This document shows, in pieces, positions 20,193 to 30,662 of a DNA stretch of 64,000 nt. Position numbers and translations under genes: made by a program. The notes under the pieces were generated by a model, which saw nothing but the letters and a program-made list of their open reading frames with translations, had not been told where the DNA came from and did no database searches. The stretch is from a virus (lineage: Duplodnaviria; Caudoviricetes). Numbering within the stretch: the stretch's first letter is position 1; every line of letters starts with the position of its first letter. The stretch covers positions 64,001-128,000 of IMG/VR virus record IMGVR_UViG_3300031853_000003. One strand, given 5' to 3'.

Positions 20193-20588
20193 ATGATAGA
20201 CTCAACAGAACAGACGATGTTAGGAACAATTGTAAATATAGTCAATTCTTCTAGATACTCTTCAAATCTTTCAGAGAAGATACTAGACGCTGTAAAGCAG
20301 TCACTCCCGAAATTGGTTGACCTCAATAGCTGTACTCTGAGAGATATTCGTGATACACTGGTTTCACACAACGAACTTGTTGGCATTTATGTTACAGATG
20401 ATAAATGTGAGGAAAATACTTCTCGAAGACTTGTTCGTTGCGAATTCTGGGGAGTTCCCGAAGAATTTCTTGATTGTACCGTTCGGCGAATATACGGTGC
20501 AGTAGCCGAAACTATCTATGAAAGTGATACAGTCTACATAGAGGTGTATCCAAAGGAGGGTGTAACAGATGGCGAAGTATTTTCCTAA
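20193..20588 (+). CDS. hypothetical protein
   Basis: GGAGG RBS; tight packing. Confidence 0.55.
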   Translation: MIDSTEQTMLGTIVNIVNSSRYSSNLSEKILDAVKQSLPKLVDLNSCTLRDIRDTLVSHNELVGIYVTDDKCEENTSRRLVRCEFWGVPEEFLDCTVRRIYGAVAETIYESDTVYIEVYPKEGVTDGEVFS

Positions 20589-20979
20589 GGACTGCCCAGC
20601 AAACTGTCCACATTACAGTATTGAATCTGTGCTTGGTGACAGCTGTGAAGAAATGTGTGATATCATCCAGTCACGCGAAGCAGATATTCCATCTAATACC
20701 CCTATCGTATGTCCGCTAGACGATGAATTTGAAGATGCTTCTTCTGCACGCAAGGTATCATTCACTATTCACTGCGAGATGTCTGAGAGATGGGTTGATA
20801 CATTCTGCAGTATGCTGAAACGCATGGAGTACAACGGAAGTATCGGACACAGCGAAGAAGTTACGCTATACTCAGACGGTGACGGAGATTTTCGACCGAA
20901 GTTTGAGATCTTGCAGGACTACGAAGAAGTAGAACCTACTCGCAGCACACAGTGGTCGAAGAAGTACGACGCTGGCTGA
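20569..20979 (+). CDS. hypothetical protein
   Basis: GGAGG RBS; YSDGDGDFRP motif. Confidence 0.55.
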   Translation: MAKYFPKDCPANCPHYSIESVLGDSCEEMCDIIQSREADIPSNTPIVCPLDDEFEDASSARKVSFTIHCEMSERWVDTFCSMLKRMEYNGSIGHSEEVTLYSDGDGDFRPKFEILQDYEEVEPTRSTQWSKKYDAG

Positions 20980-21018
20980 TTCGTTATACATATCACCACA
21001 ATACATAGGAGGAACACA

Positions 21019-21504
21019 ATGCCTAACAGAAAAAGGATCACAGGTACAGACTCATTTGGAGATCTGTGCTTCTTGATCAATGACACACCAATCCACTCTT
21101 CAGAAGATATGCATGGTAGCGCATTTGACATCATTCTTCACAGACTGTTTGAGTACGAACAGGCTGAGGAACACGGAGAGATCATTCGCACATCCGGCGA
21201 CATCGACGTATCCGGTACAGTAAGCTACACAGGCAAGGCCATCAGAGAGTGGGCAGAGAATGAGTGTAAGCGAGGAGAGGATCCGTACATCCAGAAGTTC
21301 TACGACAGGTACTTCGGCAAGGATGCTGAACGCATTCCAAACGATCGTGTATACTACTTCGTCAACTTCACCGGAATGTGGCGCAGCCTCGATCTCCACG
21401 GAACCGTCACCGCTTACACCGGCTACTCCATCCGCAGAGACACTGAAAAGTCCCCGAGATCGGCTCAGCCGAATGCTGATGCTCCTAAGAAATGGAGGAA
21501 GTAA
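21019..21504 (+). CDS. hypothetical protein
   Basis: AGGAGG RBS; follows a TCGTTA motif. Confidence 0.6.
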   Translation: MPNRKRITGTDSFGDLCFLINDTPIHSSEDMHGSAFDIILHRLFEYEQAEEHGEIIRTSGDIDVSGTVSYTGKAIREWAENECKRGEDPYIQKFYDRYFGKDAERIPNDRVYYFVNFTGMWRSLDLHGTVTAYTGYSIRRDTEKSPRSAQPNADAPKKWRK

Positions 21505-21505
21505 G

Positions 21506-22393
21506 ATGATCGACATCTATGAAAACAACATCAAACCTTTCCGCGAATTCCAACTGTGGTTCGCTCCGCGGTATCCCGATTGCACTGTATTCGACATCTA
21601 CAAAATCAATGAAGACGGTACGCTTGAAACAGAGCCCATCGGCGACATCTCAGTAGGCAGTATGGATTGTCGTAACACTCCTACTGACATCCTTGATCTC
21701 GTCTACACAGAGTGGAACAATTTCAAGACCCGTCCGGAGTTTTTCGTCTATGAGCTTCGTCATATGAATCCGGAAGACTTCGACAAGCTGAACAAGCAGG
21801 TCTTCTTCGACACACTCCTCATCGGTATTGCGCTGATTCGAGTTTTCAGATCGTCTCGTTCTGATCCCGATGTAGCGCTCCCCATGATCAAGAAATGCAC
21901 TGACTGGCTGCATACAACAGATTTCTACAGAGCTCCGGCATCGTCAGTCTATCATGAATGCTATGCAGGCGGGCTTGTAGATCATACCCTTACAGTTGCG
22001 ATGAATATCGCCGAACTGCGCCACGCTCCGAATTTCAAGGATGTGCGTATCGAAGATGCTGTCCTTGTTGCACTTGTCCATGACTGGTGTAAGATCGGCT
22101 ACTATGAGCCCTATCAGAAAAACGTCAAGAACGAGCAGACCGGTCAGTGGGAGAAGGTCGACGCCTTCAGACGCTCAGATGCACTGGTTCCGCTCGGCCA
22201 TGGAGTTGCTTCCATGTTTCTCGCACGTTGCTATTTCAGACTGTCCGTAGAGGAGAGCCTTGCTATCAGATGGCACATGGGTGAATACAATGTCGCTCCG
22301 AACGAGATGAACGAGCTTCACCAGGCCAACGAGAAATACCCTCTGGTACAGTTGATTCAGTTTGCTGACCGACTTTCTGTTGCAGCATACTAA
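21506..22393 (+). CDS. HD-domain phosphohydrolase (YhaM-like HD domain)
   Basis: APAS..YH...GGLVDHT, LVHDWCK, GHG, IRWHMG, AD motifs; GGAGG RBS before ATG 21506. Confidence 0.85.
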   Translation: MIDIYENNIKPFREFQLWFAPRYPDCTVFDIYKINEDGTLETEPIGDISVGSMDCRNTPTDILDLVYTEWNNFKTRPEFFVYELRHMNPEDFDKLNKQVFFDTLLIGIALIRVFRSSRSDPDVALPMIKKCTDWLHTTDFYRAPASSVYHECYAGGLVDHTLTVAMNIAELRHAPNFKDVRIEDAVLVALVHDWCKIGYYEPYQKNVKNEQTGQWEKVDAFRRSDALVPLGHGVASMFLARCYFRLSVEESLAIRWHMGEYNVAPNEMNELHQANEKYPLVQLIQFADRLSVAAY

Positions 22394-22424
22394 TCTTATA
22401 TAACAATGAAGGAGTTGATCTACA

Positions 22425-22652
22425 ATGTATAACACATTCAAAGACATCGCAGAAAAGGCAATTGCAGAAGGCAAAAACTATCCGCTCGCCGCGAAAGGTC
22501 CCGACGGCGATGACGTAATCATCGAGTCTCTCATCACTCAGGAAAAAGACGGCCGTCATTTCTTCCGTGTTGCTACTATGCAGACTGACGGAACAACTCG
22601 CATCAATCGCTACTACGAGGACGGCGAGGTCCGCGAGACCTTCGAGAAGTAA
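22425..22652 (+). CDS. hypothetical protein
   Basis: AAGGAG RBS. Confidence 0.55.
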   Translation: MYNTFKDIAEKAIAEGKNYPLAAKGPDGDDVIIESLITQEKDGRHFFRVATMQTDGTTRINRYYEDGEVRETFEK

Positions 22653-22664
22653 GGAGCGATACAC

Positions 22665-23363
22665 TTGACCAAGCTGACAGGTTCATACCTGATCAGCCAG
22701 AGTGGGAATATCATGAAAGTCGATATACATGTCCCGTCTACAACCTATATGGGTCGAGGCATATATCGACTTTCTCCTACTGATATGGAGTTCTTACTCA
22801 ACGAGGGGCTGATCACACTAGACGAAGCATATTCAATGCTTCTTCAAGATTATCTCATCTTCATAAATAACAACGGTTTCTCTCTGCTAACACCTTCGCA
22901 GTATCGAAAGTTCGCAGATTTGAAATACGCACCCAAGATGGACGAATTCATATTCAATGTATCTGCTAAGTGTAAGAGCAAAGAAGATATTGAAGAGCTG
23001 TTGAATTCCTATAAGCGTGTTCCATATGAAGAGAAACGCAGATGGTATCAATATCTGTGCGACGAGTACTGCAAACTATACATCTATAAGGATGTAGTTG
23101 AGTTCCGGATATGCGGATCATCTGGATTTGACTGGAATGAAGTCATCATAGACGATGTATTGCTGAATGATGAATATGATTTCCAAGCTAACATGAATTA
23201 CCGATTCACTATAATGCACGAAGACTCAAGTAGATACAAACCGTACTTTGTATCAGCGACACTTACTCAGATACTTGAGAATGACACAACTGTTATGTCA
23301 AGTGAGGACGTGTTTTACCGTGAACGGACAGTTACTGACGACGGAGAACTCGTTTACACATAA
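22665..23363 (+). CDS. hypothetical protein
   Basis: AAGGAG RBS, TTG start. Confidence 0.55.
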   Translation: MTKLTGSYLISQSGNIMKVDIHVPSTTYMGRGIYRLSPTDMEFLLNEGLITLDEAYSMLLQDYLIFINNNGFSLLTPSQYRKFADLKYAPKMDEFIFNVSAKCKSKEDIEELLNSYKRVPYEEKRRWYQYLCDEYCKLYIYKDVVEFRICGSSGFDWNEVIIDDVLLNDEYDFQANMNYRFTIMHEDSSRYKPYFVSATLTQILENDTTVMSSEDVFYRERTVTDDGELVYT

Positions 23364-23374
23364 GAGGTAACTCT

Positions 23375-23617
23375 ATGCTGACTTTTGAATTTGATCATGT
23401 AGTTATCCGAGATCTTTCAGCTACTGGTGTTGCAATCTTCTTCGACGATAAGAACGGTAACATCATAAAAGCTAATTACTACTATAACACATTCAGAGAT
23501 AGAGCAGCTCTCAAAGAGGCTGTTCCGGCTGAGGCTTATCAGAGAATTCTCGACGTCTGGAGCAACTATCCTGTACTCAAAGATGATTGGATGACACATA
23601 GACCTACATGCAAATGA
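23375..23617 (+). CDS. hypothetical protein
   Basis: GAGG RBS. Confidence 0.5.
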   Translation: MLTFEFDHVVIRDLSATGVAIFFDDKNGNIIKANYYYNTFRDRAALKEAVPAEAYQRILDVWSNYPVLKDDWMTHRPTCK

Positions 23618-23621
23618 TATC

Positions 23622-23653
23622 ATAAGGCGAGACGGCTGAATCTCGCCTTATTT
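23622..23653 (+). terminator. intrinsic terminator
   Basis: ATAAGGCGAGA/TCTCGCCTTAT hairpin followed by TT. Confidence 0.7.
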
Positions 23654-23704
23654 CATTGGTTGAACCTTAAATAGTATTACAACTAAGATTGGAGGACAAC
23701 CTTT

Positions 23705-24076
23705 ATGAACATAAAGAGATCACAACGAATCGTGGCTGCTGAAGGCGATGAGTTTGATGCAGATGACCTGATGTACGATGAAGACGAGAGCCTAAGCGAC
23801 ACTCTCGATGACGTTGCAGATACTGTCGAAGATATGCAGGACTCAATGGACGACATCCGAGAGGACGACGTCGATATTGAGGTTGACAACAACATCGCTG
23901 GTCACTACATCGCTGAGTGCGATAACTGCCACGGAGTATTCATATCAGCCGTTATAGAATCTGACCAGCATATTGATCATGTATCTGGCATATGCCCTCT
24001 GTGTGAAAAAGAATCAGATCAGTATCTGAAGTGGGTCATTTCAGCTGTCGAGGATAGAGATTCTGACGCAATGTAA
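23705..24076 (+). CDS. acidic zinc-ribbon protein, putative virion protein
   Basis: Leader MNIKRSQRIVA; CDNC...CPLC; ACCTTAAATA upstream. Confidence 0.6.
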   Translation: MNIKRSQRIVAAEGDEFDADDLMYDEDESLSDTLDDVADTVEDMQDSMDDIREDDVDIEVDNNIAGHYIAECDNCHGVFISAVIESDQHIDHVSGICPLCEKESDQYLKWVISAVEDRDSDAM

Positions 24077-24088
24077 GGATGATTATAA

Positions 24089-24298
24089 TTGGACGCACCA
24101 TTCCATTTCACACCTTGCTGCATCTGCGGTAAGGACTTCATAAAGAGGCCAGGCCATATCTACAAAGTGCAGTTTGCAGGTAGGGTCGAATACTGCTGTT
24201 CATATACTTGCCACAACAAAGCAATGAAAGCAAAAGAAAACTCTAACAGCAGTATGTATACTCGCATACGAAAGGAAATGAATTCATCACATGAATAA
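24089..24298 (+). CDS. small Cys-rich (TRASH/zinc-finger-like) protein
   Basis: CCICGK...YCCSYTC. Confidence 0.5.
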   Translation: MDAPFHFTPCCICGKDFIKRPGHIYKVQFAGRVEYCCSYTCHNKAMKAKENSNSSMYTRIRKEMNSSHE

Positions 24299-25376
24299 GG
24301 TAATAAGAGCAAACACGGAGAATGAACAACCAGTTACAACTCCTGAGATCGACAACTGGGAAGATTCGGAGCAAGAATTTTCATCTGAGAAGACATCTAT
24401 CAACAGCAACAAGCTGCCTGCGATATTCCGTCTGATCAAGAACTGGGCGTCAGGTACGCTGAATCTCGACTATGACGGCGGTAAGTTCGACAACGCATCA
24501 GAGTACCTTGCGGAGCTAGGTGTAACTAATCTCATCTATGATAAGTATAACAGATCCAGCGAGCATAACAACAGTGTAATTACACAGGTTCGACAGAACG
24601 GCGGAGCTGATACTTCTACGCTTTCAAATGTGCTCAACGTAATCAAAGAGAAGTCAGCAAGAATTGCTTGTCTGAAGAATATCCGTAATCTGCTGAAGCC
24701 TTCAGGCGTATTGTATGTCACAGTGTATGAGGGTTCCGGTACCGGAGAAGGGAAACCTACGTCGTCAGGCTATCAACGCAATCTCAAGACAGCGGGCTAC
24801 CTCGAAGAGATCCAAGAGATATTCCCGTCAGCATATCGCAAAGGTAAACTCATCATCTGCCCCATGCAGGAGTCTGCTAACAGCTCCAAGAAGATTGAAG
24901 CCGGTTGGGGAGTGTATGATTATCCCGAACCTCCTGATCCTAAAGAGTATCTGGAGAAGGATGATGTCGAGGACATAATCGACTTTGAAGTTGATGACAT
25001 CATCAACGTTGATGAGGACGGCGAGTGGGATTTTGAAACAGACGAGTTCCCTTGGCTCGAGCCTGAATACAATGACGGAACTTGGAGTTGCAGTGAGTAC
25101 CCAGGTATCGAGCTAGATGATGAAACCGGCGTCATTGAGAAGACATATGAATTGCTTGAGCCGTTCATTCCTGGATCCAAAGGTCGCTACAGAATCCGAG
25201 CTACTGTCACTCTCAGCTACACTGTTTCAGGTGTTGAGTACGAAATCACAGATCGTTGGACCGACGAGCGTCACGGAGACGACTGGGACGAAGAGGTCTA
25301 TACAGACAATGCCGAAGTTGAATACAACGAGAAGCTGTCAACTGTAGAAAATTTCCGATTCAGCGACGAGACGTAA
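24291..25376 (+). CDS. class I SAM-methyltransferase-like domain fused to an acidic domain
   Basis: LDYDGGK (motif I-like), YDKY, SNVLNVI, LLKPSGVLYV; acidic C-terminal half after KKIEAG. Confidence 0.6.
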   Translation: MNKVIRANTENEQPVTTPEIDNWEDSEQEFSSEKTSINSNKLPAIFRLIKNWASGTLNLDYDGGKFDNASEYLAELGVTNLIYDKYNRSSEHNNSVITQVRQNGGADTSTLSNVLNVIKEKSARIACLKNIRNLLKPSGVLYVTVYEGSGTGEGKPTSSGYQRNLKTAGYLEEIQEIFPSAYRKGKLIICPMQESANSSKKIEAGWGVYDYPEPPDPKEYLEKDDVEDIIDFEVDDIINVDEDGEWDFETDEFPWLEPEYNDGTWSCSEYPGIELDDETGVIEKTYELLEPFIPGSKGRYRIRATVTLSYTVSGVEYEITDRWTDERHGDDWDEEVYTDNAEVEYNEKLSTVENFRFSDET

Positions 25377-25469
25377 TCGATACAAAATCATAATTTCGTT
25401 AAAGTACTTGTAATCAATCATAGAGATTGGTCGCAAGTACTTTTCTTTATGTAATAAGGGGATAATATC

Positions 25470-25736
25470 ATGAAAAGAGTATTCAGAGTATTTGAAGTCA
25501 TCAACGCTATCTTAGCAGGAGGCGGATTCTTCTGCTTATGCAACATCAACGACAACGCAGAGAACTTAGTTGGTACAGCTGTTCTTCTGCTTGTTGTATC
25601 CATTGTATGCGGGCTGCTTACTGCACTGTTTGAGTATCTCCAAAGAGTAGAGATTAAACTCTCTGACAGCGCCTGCATCGTTCTTTATATCATTCAGATG
25701 CCATTTACTCACATGACCAAAAGAAGGAGTAGATAA
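25470..25736 (+). CDS. small membrane protein
   Basis: Two hydrophobic helices. Confidence 0.5.
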   Translation: MKRVFRVFEVINAILAGGGFFCLCNINDNAENLVGTAVLLLVVSIVCGLLTALFEYLQRVEIKLSDSACIVLYIIQMPFTHMTKRRSR

Positions 25737-25741
25737 TCGAC

Positions 25742-28228
25742 ATGTCGTTGAATAAACAGCAACAGGAAGCTGTAAACTCGAACTCAAAGCGACTTCTCTG
25801 CCTAGCTGGTGCAGGCACTGGCAAGACGCATTGTATGTTATCGAGAATATCTAGGCTGGTAAACGATGGCGCAGATCCGTTGTCCATTCTTGCACTTACA
25901 TTCACTAATGCTGCTGCGTTTGAGATGAAGCAGAGGTATACTGCGAGCAATCCGGGGCAGAGAATACCTGAGTTCAGAACCTTTCACAGCTTCTGCTACA
26001 GTATACTGTTAAAGAATCAAAATGTCAGAAAGGCCTTAGGATATGCTTCTATCCCAAAAGTATGTACTGCAGAAGATGTGAAGCGTATCACTGCACAAGC
26101 TATTCAGTCAATGTCAATCACATTGAGTAAAGCTAAGCTCACAGGTAAGGGGACACTAACTCCTCAAGAAGAAGCACAATACAAGCTCTACAAGAAGCAG
26201 TTCAAGCGTCTGCTTCGAAAAGAGAATCTCATCACCTTCGGTATTATGTGTTATGACATCTGCCGTCTGTTTGTGCAAGATCAGCCGTATCTTGCAGAAT
26301 ACAAGAACAGATTCAAATACATATTTGTAGATGAGTTCCAAGATACTGATACAGAGCAGTTCGACTTCGTTCAGTGTTTTCCTGATTCGTATGTTACATG
26401 CGTTGGAGATGCACTTCAATGCCAACCTGCTGGAACGCTTGTTACTATGTCTGATATGACTGTAAAACGCATAGAAGATCTAAACATCGGAGATTACTTG
26501 TTGACCTATGTTCCACGAGAAGGTAGATACGTCAGAAATCTGAGACGCAAATCAGGTAATCTCAATCGATACACAAAACGAGTTGTAGGCATATCTACCC
26601 ACTATGCAACAAATATTGTAAGATTAAGCACTGAGCATTTTTCTAGCTGTTATACAAAAGACCACATAACATATGCTAAGATACATCATGAAGGTAATGA
26701 AAAAGCGCATGTTACATATTTGATGAGTAACGACCGGGGATGGTATCGAGTAGGTAGTACGAAGCTGTTTTTGTCTTCGCAAGGATCAGCATTTGGCCCA
26801 CGGCTTAGATTGCAGAGCGAAAAAGGTGATAGGGTCTGGATACTTGGAGTATATCAGTCTGCTCAAGAAGCTTGGTTGAACGAACAGCTTGTAGCATACA
26901 AATTTGGGATACCTCAAGTAACATGGGATCATACCAACCTAAAGTTTGGCATCAACGAACTGGAGCAACTCTATGAAAATCTAGGAGATCTGTCAGAGAA
27001 AGCAATTACATGTTTATCTGCATACGGTCGTGATATGAAGTATCCGCTCTTCACAAAAGATGATCTATTCCTACACTTCTCAAAATTGCATATGTTTGAA
27101 TGTCGTGTAGGTAATCTGATACCAGGAATATTTGATCTTGTATATGTAGATCAACGATATACTAGAAGCATGGGAAACACACTTTTCAACAATTATGAAG
27201 TATTACAGTCGGTCGAACCTGTAGAAAATCAAATAGTTTATGGACTAGAGGTGGAAGGTAACCACAATTACGTAGGAGATGGGTTGCTTACGCATAATTG
27301 CATCTATTCCTTCCGTGGCGCTGACAGCTCAATCATAATGGACTGTGCAGAGAACGGTCAATGGGATGTTGTAAAGCTGTATGAAAATTATCGTTCAAAC
27401 TCAACCATCTGCAAGTTCGCAAATGAAAACAGCACCTATGCGAAAGACTCATACCGCATAGCCATTCACGGACAACGAGAAGGCGACCCTGACAGCGTAC
27501 AGGTGTTCCGAGTAGACAAGGTAGGATACGGAAAAGAGCTTTCATCTGACACAATTGAGCTCCTAAACTCATTTCCTTGGGATACCGTCAAAGGTACACT
27601 TGCTATCCTTGCGAGGAGCAACTCAGAGGTTGATGCACTCCAGGCCTATCTTACAGATCTAGGTGTACCCTTTGTGTCTGGTAGGAAGAAGTTGGACAAT
27701 GTATACATATTGAGATCGGTCATTGATTCCGAATTCATGGTAGACTGGTTGACTACTTATCTCAATGCAGATGATTATTCTAACTACATCCGATACCTCG
27801 CTATTGAAGCTGACGAAAATCCGATAAATGTGCTCCTGAATCATTTCGGTCGTCATCCTAAAATTTCGTTCTTCTTAAGGAAGATAAGTACCATTCGCAA
27901 GATATTCCAGACAGATCTGCCTAGGATGACAAAGCTCTGCAATATCCTAGAGGTTTTAGATGTCAAAGACGTGATGATTGAAGAAGAGCCTGAGAACGCA
28001 AGAGATGCTATTGATTATCTTATTCGGCTCATTGACGGTGATCCGGAATCAAACATCTATGTAGGCACAATCCACTCGTCAAAGGGCTTAGAGTACGATA
28101 CTGTTATACTCGTTGGAGTTGACAGTTACCACTTTCCGTTAAACACAGAAGAAAACAAGAACCTATACTACGTAGGTATAACAAGAGCAAAGGAGAAGCT
28201 ATATGTCTTCAAACAGCGTTACAGATAA
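25742..28228 (+). CDS. UvrD/PcrA-family SF1 helicase containing an intein
   Basis: AGAGTGKT, ALTFTNAAA, TFHSF, VDEFQD, GDALQ[intein]CIYSFRGA, NYRS, TIHSSKGLEYD, YVGITRAK. Confidence 0.92.
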   Translation: MSLNKQQQEAVNSNSKRLLCLAGAGTGKTHCMLSRISRLVNDGADPLSILALTFTNAAAFEMKQRYTASNPGQRIPEFRTFHSFCYSILLKNQNVRKALGYASIPKVCTAEDVKRITAQAIQSMSITLSKAKLTGKGTLTPQEEAQYKLYKKQFKRLLRKENLITFGIMCYDICRLFVQDQPYLAEYKNRFKYIFVDEFQDTDTEQFDFVQCFPDSYVTCVGDALQCQPAGTLVTMSDMTVKRIEDLNIGDYLLTYVPREGRYVRNLRRKSGNLNRYTKRVVGISTHYATNIVRLSTEHFSSCYTKDHITYAKIHHEGNEKAHVTYLMSNDRGWYRVGSTKLFLSSQGSAFGPRLRLQSEKGDRVWILGVYQSAQEAWLNEQLVAYKFGIPQVTWDHTNLKFGINELEQLYENLGDLSEKAITCLSAYGRDMKYPLFTKDDLFLHFSKLHMFECRVGNLIPGIFDLVYVDQRYTRSMGNTLFNNYEVLQSVEPVENQIVYGLEVEGNHNYVGDGLLTHNCIYSFRGADSSIIMDCAENGQWDVVKLYENYRSNSTICKFANENSTYAKDSYRIAIHGQREGDPDSVQVFRVDKVGYGKELSSDTIELLNSFPWDTVKGTLAILARSNSEVDALQAYLTDLGVPFVSGRKKLDNVYILRSVIDSEFMVDWLTTYLNADDYSNYIRYLAIEADENPINVLLNHFGRHPKISFFLRKISTIRKIFQTDLPRMTKLCNILEVLDVKDVMIEEEPENARDAIDYLIRLIDGDPESNIYVGTIHSSKGLEYDTVILVGVDSYHFPLNTEENKNLYYVGITRAKEKLYVFKQRYR
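26420..27298 (+). mobile_element. intein (293 aa) in helicase motif III with a GIY-YIG-like internal domain
   Basis: Begins CQPAGT, ends VYGLEVEGNHNYVGDGLLTHN, +1 residue is Cys; removal restores GDALQCIYSFRGA. Confidence 0.9.
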
Positions 28229-28412
28229 GGCAGACTACTGCGTGTACTCTGATGATCTTGAAAAGGTCATCCGTTGCAAGGGTTGCGACAAGGAGCTGAC
28301 ATACGGTCAGTCTTACACATCAAAGAATCATCTCACATCTGCAGGTTTCGGCTACTGCATATGTGAAGAGTGTATGGAGAAGGAGTGGAAAGAAAGACAT
28401 GCGAGGAAATAA
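28203..28412 (+). CDS. small zinc-finger protein
   Basis: CKGC...CEEC. Confidence 0.5.
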   Translation: MSSNSVTDKADYCVYSDDLEKVIRCKGCDKELTYGQSYTSKNHLTSAGFGYCICEECMEKEWKERHARK

Positions 28413-28794
28413 CTTAACCGAAGATCTGCTTCTTACTATATCAGATCATCTTTCCGGCAGAAAGGATTGCGTAGGTGTCGAGTATGTTGTCCGTATTGGC
28501 AAGACCGTATCTGACAAGCTGACAGATGAGGACAAGCACCATCTTGTACCATATCAAGACTATCCGGCAGAATCTATCTGTATGTATCCTTCCGTGAAAG
28601 TGTTCCCTGACATTCATCATAGGCACATTGACGACAAAGAACCGATATTGCAACACGTCATCAATCGACACTTTCCGGACCTTTCAACTAACGCAGTAAC
28701 ATATACCGGTGTTGATATCACAAAGCTGATTCCGGGTACATACAAATATGTAATGAATCCTGGAGTTAAACGTCGCCAGTGGAAGCTGCTGTGA
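28399..28794 (+). CDS. hypothetical protein
   Basis: Overlapping packing within the operon. Confidence 0.5.
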   Translation: MRGNNLTEDLLLTISDHLSGRKDCVGVEYVVRIGKTVSDKLTDEDKHHLVPYQDYPAESICMYPSVKVFPDIHHRHIDDKEPILQHVINRHFPDLSTNAVTYTGVDITKLIPGTYKYVMNPGVKRRQWKLL

Positions 28795-28831
28795 TTCGTT
28801 AAATTTTCTAACAAAGGAGGAATTCACACAT

Positions 28832-30661
28832 ATGAAAATTCAATCTATCTACATGAAGAATCTTCATCGCGTTGATGAAGCGGCCTACACATTTGATGGT
28901 CAGACATATCTCTACGGCCCGAACGGAGCTGGTAAGTCTACCATCCTCAATGCTATTCAGCTTGCCCTTCTCGGGTACATTCCGGGCACAAGTAAGAAGG
29001 TCGCTGATATCTTCAAGCACGCCAAGCGAAGCCCTATGATCGTTGAGATACGACTCGTCGGCGAGAACGGTCCGGTAACTATTCGCAGACGCTGGTCCGG
29101 TAAGAGTACAATCTCGACATCTGTCGAAGTATCACCCGAAGAGTACGACATCAAGTCAGTTATTAAGGATCTGGAACTTCCGGTCTTCAATTTCGGAGAA
29201 TTCGCAGGTATGACAGCCAACCAGCTGAAATCCTGGTTCATTCAGTTTCTGCCGGATGTTGATTCCGAAATCGACTGGAAGAGCATTCTCACATATGAGG
29301 ATGAAATCCGAGATAAGGATCTTATCCCTCAGATCCTTGCGGAGGTTGAAGCGTGCGGAAAGCATGGTGTAGACCTTGTTAAGCACATCAACACCTTCCT
29401 CAAAAACAAGCTCACATTCGTGCAGTCAGAACTCACAAGACAGTCCGCTACGGTACAGTCACTGGTCTTCTATGATGAAGAGGATCTTGGTGCAGAGGAT
29501 CCGTCCAACATCCGAGAGCAGATCAAATCTCTGACAGCTACGCGAAACAACATTGCGTCTCAGAGTAGACTTGTTGCTCAGAAGCAGTCAGTGCTGAAGC
29601 AGATCGCTGATCTCGAAGCTTCTCAGGGACTTGTTGAATCCCGGGATGCAGATGACCGTATCAAAGAGATAGATGCGAATCAGCCCAAGTTCGTCAAGAT
29701 CATCGAGCAGAACGATGCTAAGATCGAAGAGCTCAACGCAGCTATGTCTGACCTGGATCAGACAATCCACGATATGCAATCAGTAATCAACGGAAGTGGA
29801 GTATGCCCGTTCACCTCGAGCGTATGTCCGTCTATCCAGACTATGATCCAGGAGTACACTGGAAAGCTTCCGGAAATCACTAAGCAAAGAGATGAGATGC
29901 TCGCTCAGCGTAATGCACTTCGCAGAGAAAGAGATGACGCATCTACTAAGATGCACACCGACATCCAGACGAAACTCGTACTGTCAAGTGCGTACGGACA
30001 GAGAAATGGCCTCAAGGACACGCTGGCCACTATGTCAGACGTTCCGGATACCGTTCAGACAACTGAGGAAATCGACAAGCAAATTGACCATCTCCAGGAC
30101 ACACTCGTCAAACTCGAAGCGAATGAGAGGTACAATCAGCTCATTGACACCCTCACAGCATCTAAGTATATGCTCGAGCAAGATATCATCATTCTCAAAT
30201 CCTGGATCAAGGCAACTGATGCAAATGGTCTCCAGTCTCGAATGATGTCTGAGCCTTTCAAAGAGCTTGCCGACGATCTTGACAACTACATCCTCGAGAT
30301 GATGCCCGATAACGTATCCAAGGTCAACTTCAACGTATCCGAGAAAGCTAACAGCTTCAGCTTCGGCTTGACCCGCAAGTACGGCGACCAGGAAGTATAC
30401 ATCCCGTATGACATCTTATCAAGCGGAGAGAAGTGTATGTACACAATCGGATTGATGATGTATATCATTGATCACACCAATTCTCCTCTTAAGGTCATTC
30501 TCATCGACGACCTTCTCGACCATGTTGATACAAATCAGCTCAGTAAGTTATGGGATTGGTTGTCTACAACCGACATCCAGATGATCTTCGCAGGTGTTCG
30601 TCAGTGCGACGCTATCGGTGAAGACAGTCCCTGGAACATCGTCAATGTCGAAAGGAAGTAA
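28832..30661 (+). CDS. Rad50/SbcC/SMC-like ATPase
   Basis: Walker A GPNGAGKS, coiled coil with central CPFTSSVC hook, LSSGE signature, ILIDD Walker B. Confidence 0.85.
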   Translation: MKIQSIYMKNLHRVDEAAYTFDGQTYLYGPNGAGKSTILNAIQLALLGYIPGTSKKVADIFKHAKRSPMIVEIRLVGENGPVTIRRRWSGKSTISTSVEVSPEEYDIKSVIKDLELPVFNFGEFAGMTANQLKSWFIQFLPDVDSEIDWKSILTYEDEIRDKDLIPQILAEVEACGKHGVDLVKHINTFLKNKLTFVQSELTRQSATVQSLVFYDEEDLGAEDPSNIREQIKSLTATRNNIASQSRLVAQKQSVLKQIADLEASQGLVESRDADDRIKEIDANQPKFVKIIEQNDAKIEELNAAMSDLDQTIHDMQSVINGSGVCPFTSSVCPSIQTMIQEYTGKLPEITKQRDEMLAQRNALRRERDDASTKMHTDIQTKLVLSSAYGQRNGLKDTLATMSDVPDTVQTTEEIDKQIDHLQDTLVKLEANERYNQLIDTLTASKYMLEQDIIILKSWIKATDANGLQSRMMSEPFKELADDLDNYILEMMPDNVSKVNFNVSEKANSFSFGLTRKYGDQEVYIPYDILSSGEKCMYTIGLMMYIIDHTNSPLKVILIDDLLDHVDTNQLSKLWDWLSTTDIQMIFAGVRQCDAIGEDSPWNIVNVERK

Positions 30662-30662
30662 T

